Shown here one piece after another: positions 61,491 through 64,000 of a stretch of DNA of 64,000 nucleotides (positions within the stretch are counted from its first letter, which is position 1; the number at the start of each line of letters is the position of its first letter). Below the pieces are notes generated by a model. That model was not told where the DNA came from. It ran no database searches and saw only the letters and a list, made by a program, of their open reading frames with translations. A program made the translations under genes and the position numbers. The DNA is from Octopus sinensis (Eukaryota), in the NCBI RefSeq assembly GCF_006345805.1, contig NC_043012.1:4154001-4218000 (forward strand), in the 5' to 3' direction.

Positions 61491-61525
<35 letters not shown>

Positions 61526-61959
61526 CTGAGGCCCAGTGCAGCTCTCCGGCTTACCAACTCCAGTCAAATTGTCTTACCCATGCTAGCATGGAAAATGGAT
61601 GCTAAATGATGACGATGAAGAAGATGTGTGTGTGTGTGCATCTTTATGTATATATATATATATATGTGTGTGTGGTATATATATATATATATAAGTTTAA
61701 CAATTAAGGATAACCTCTTAATAAGGGATCTTAACAAGAAATTATCGGGTAGTTAGCGTGAAAACCTCATAAAAGAAAAGAATTCGAAAATAATTTTTTT
61801 CTTTTGAACAAATTAATTATATCTATATTGTATAGAGGGCATTATTACACATAAATGCCTCACACTAAGAGGGACTAAGTCATTACTACCAAAATTATAC
61901 TAATCATACCTAAATGCAGTTTTTCAAAGCAAGACATTTAAAAAATGAATTTAGTTCTG

Positions 61960-61990
<31 letters not shown>

Positions 61991-62129
61991 ATATATATAT
62001 ATATATATTTCCCTCAGTATGTTTGCATGTGTTTGCATGATCCTTATGCATATTTTGTGTGTGAGTGTATATTCTCTTTTTGCAGTTTATATTTGGTGTA
62101 TACATATTCATCACTTGTGGATAGGTCTG

Positions 62130-62331
62130 TTATCTTTTCTCTCTCCCTCCCTCTCTCTCTCTCTCCCTCTCTATCTTTCTCTCTCGTTCTGATGTTCTTC
62201 TGTCCCATATCTTTCTTCCTGCGTTTTTCTCTTTCCCCATTTCCTACATCTAGTGCCTTTCATCTCTCTCTCTCTCTCTCTCTCTCTTTTCCTTCCTTCT
62301 CTCTCTCTCTCTCTCTCTCTCTCTTTTCCTT

Positions 62332-62377
<46 letters not shown>

Positions 62378-62380
62378 AGC
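62130..62380. repeat. Polypyrimidine (CT)n tract
   Basis: Long (CT)n runs with ttccttcc interruptions. Confidence 0.9.
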
Positions 62381-63289
62381 TTCACCAATGAATCACCTTA
62401 CCGTGTGGGTTCACTTTGATGGTAGTGTAGCAGTTGATGTGTGTCAGGGGAAAGGATGATTGATGTGTACTATTGTTTTCTTGTTATTGATCTTCCTTCC
62501 AGCTTCCATCCACCCACCCACTATGTCTCCCACCTACTCACACTACAACATTGTACCACCACCACTACCACCACCACCACCACCACCACCATCATCATCA
62601 TGTTTGGTCTGTCAATGTCAGCTCGCCAACTAAAACATCTCTGGAACCCTTACCGACTTCTCCACACCTTCACAAATACTCTTTCTTCATACTACCACCT
62701 CAGCCACCACCACCACAGGTTTCAGGTTCACATGTCACTTCTTTCTAATAGTGCTCTGTGCCACCATCTTAAACACTTGCACTACCACCATTAACCACTA
62801 ACACTCCCACCACTGCCACTTTAAGCACACCACCACTACTACCACTATACCTCACACTACCAATCACACTCTCACCCCACCACCACCACCGACAACAACA
62901 ACAACACTGCTATCTCTTTTAATATTCACACCACCATCAACACCGCTATCTCTCTAAATATTTGCACAACATCACCATCACCACTACTATCTCTTAATAC
63001 GCTACCACTTCCTTAAACACTTACACCACCAACACCACCACCACTACCACCATCTTTTGTAGACCTGAAGATCCTTTCAGTTGAAGAAATGAGCAGAATC
63101 ACTTCAATATGAAGAAATCCTTGTATGTTACCTTGTAATCCCAAAGTAAAAAAAAAAACCCAGTTGGAATATGGTTGCATATGTGATTGATCTCTGTGTG
63201 CATGTGTGGTTGTGCATATACGTATGTGGGTCAAAAGAACCAGGACATTCTCTGGTTGTTTCATTACAACTTGGGACCTCTGAAAGAAG

Positions 63290-63660
63290 TGATGTGGATA
63301 ATGTGGTCCAACATGACCGTAAAATAACTGGATCATCACAATTGGCATGTCTTTGACCTGAGGTCAGTTTGTTTGGAGTTGATCGACTAAACAGCAACAA
63401 CAAAGTTGGCAATCTGTGTATCCTATTTAATGCAAATACATCATGGAAAGGCAAATTAACTGCAGTATCTGTCCCGAGATACTATCTCTTATAGAGTATT
63501 AGAGAACATGAAAATATATCAGTAACAGATGGAAATCATGCAGCTGCAATGGTAGTATTACTAGATATGCATTTCTGCCTCTTTGGAGAGTCATCAGTAA
63601 CAAGAATGCACTGACAACCACATGCTAACACAAAGTCCATTGTCACTGATATAAGAAAAT
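63290..63660 (+). pseudogene. Possible decayed APE endonuclease of a Rex1/Babar- or CR1-like LINE
   Basis: SLFGVDRLNSNNKVGNLCILFN...LTAVSVPRYYLL*...QPHANTKSIVTD resembles the family pattern SLFRxDR..GGGxCxYxN..LxVxxRPYYLPREF..HP.A..IV.GD. Confidence 0.45.
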
Positions 63661-64000
63661 AGGTATTGAAAAACCATTGATATTGCAATTAGCCAGCTGG
63701 CTGAATAAAAATTCATTATGTGCAGCAAAAACCGTATTAGTTTAAAATAGCTATCTGAGTATCATTCTTAGTAAGAAAAAAGTTCATCCAACTCCCGATC
63801 CCTTGCGATTGTACTGAACACTTCAACTGGTCCTTCTCTCTGTCTCTTGCAACTCTCTTAAACTCCTTTCTCTTGTGCTGTTTCTTGCTAATAAGTGAGG
63901 AAGAGAAGCAGTGCTCTTAATCCGTGTATATCTTCCTAGATGTAACTGATGTCTGACCTGAACATCTTCAGTTAAATGTTTCAGAAATAAGGTGGGTAAT

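Overview
This is AT-rich, repeat-saturated eukaryotic DNA. The SINE families and microsatellite style point to a coleoid cephalopod, probably Octopus (inference). I find no intact host protein-coding gene. Most ORFs in the supplied track are microsatellite or low-complexity artefacts, or pieces of decayed transposons. The window holds dozens of tRNA-derived SINE copies from at least 4 families and many RTE-tailed elements. It also holds decayed RTE, R4/Dong-like and possible Rex1/CR1-like LINE pieces, mariner (DD34D) and maT-type (DD37D) transposase fragments, and piggyBac- and Tigger-type MITEs. One 5'-truncated Penelope-like retroelement (RT plus C-terminal GIY-YIG) has an inverted 5' terminal repeat and lies between two very long irregular (TA)n arrays. 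Three observations stand out. (1) At least five unrelated families of short elements, mostly (TA)n-inserted, carry minimal hammerhead-ribozyme folds, some with family-wide variant catalytic cores, and several show Penelope-style 5' inversions or fold-backs. (2) One of these families starts exactly at a tRNA-like Pol III head, so it looks like a hammerhead-bearing SINE mobilised by a Penelope-like element. (3) A ~180-bp fragment of a PPP1R3-type (glycogen-targeting PP1 subunit) coding sequence sits inside a SINE tail. Coordinates were read by eye, and the edges of degenerate repeats are approximate.
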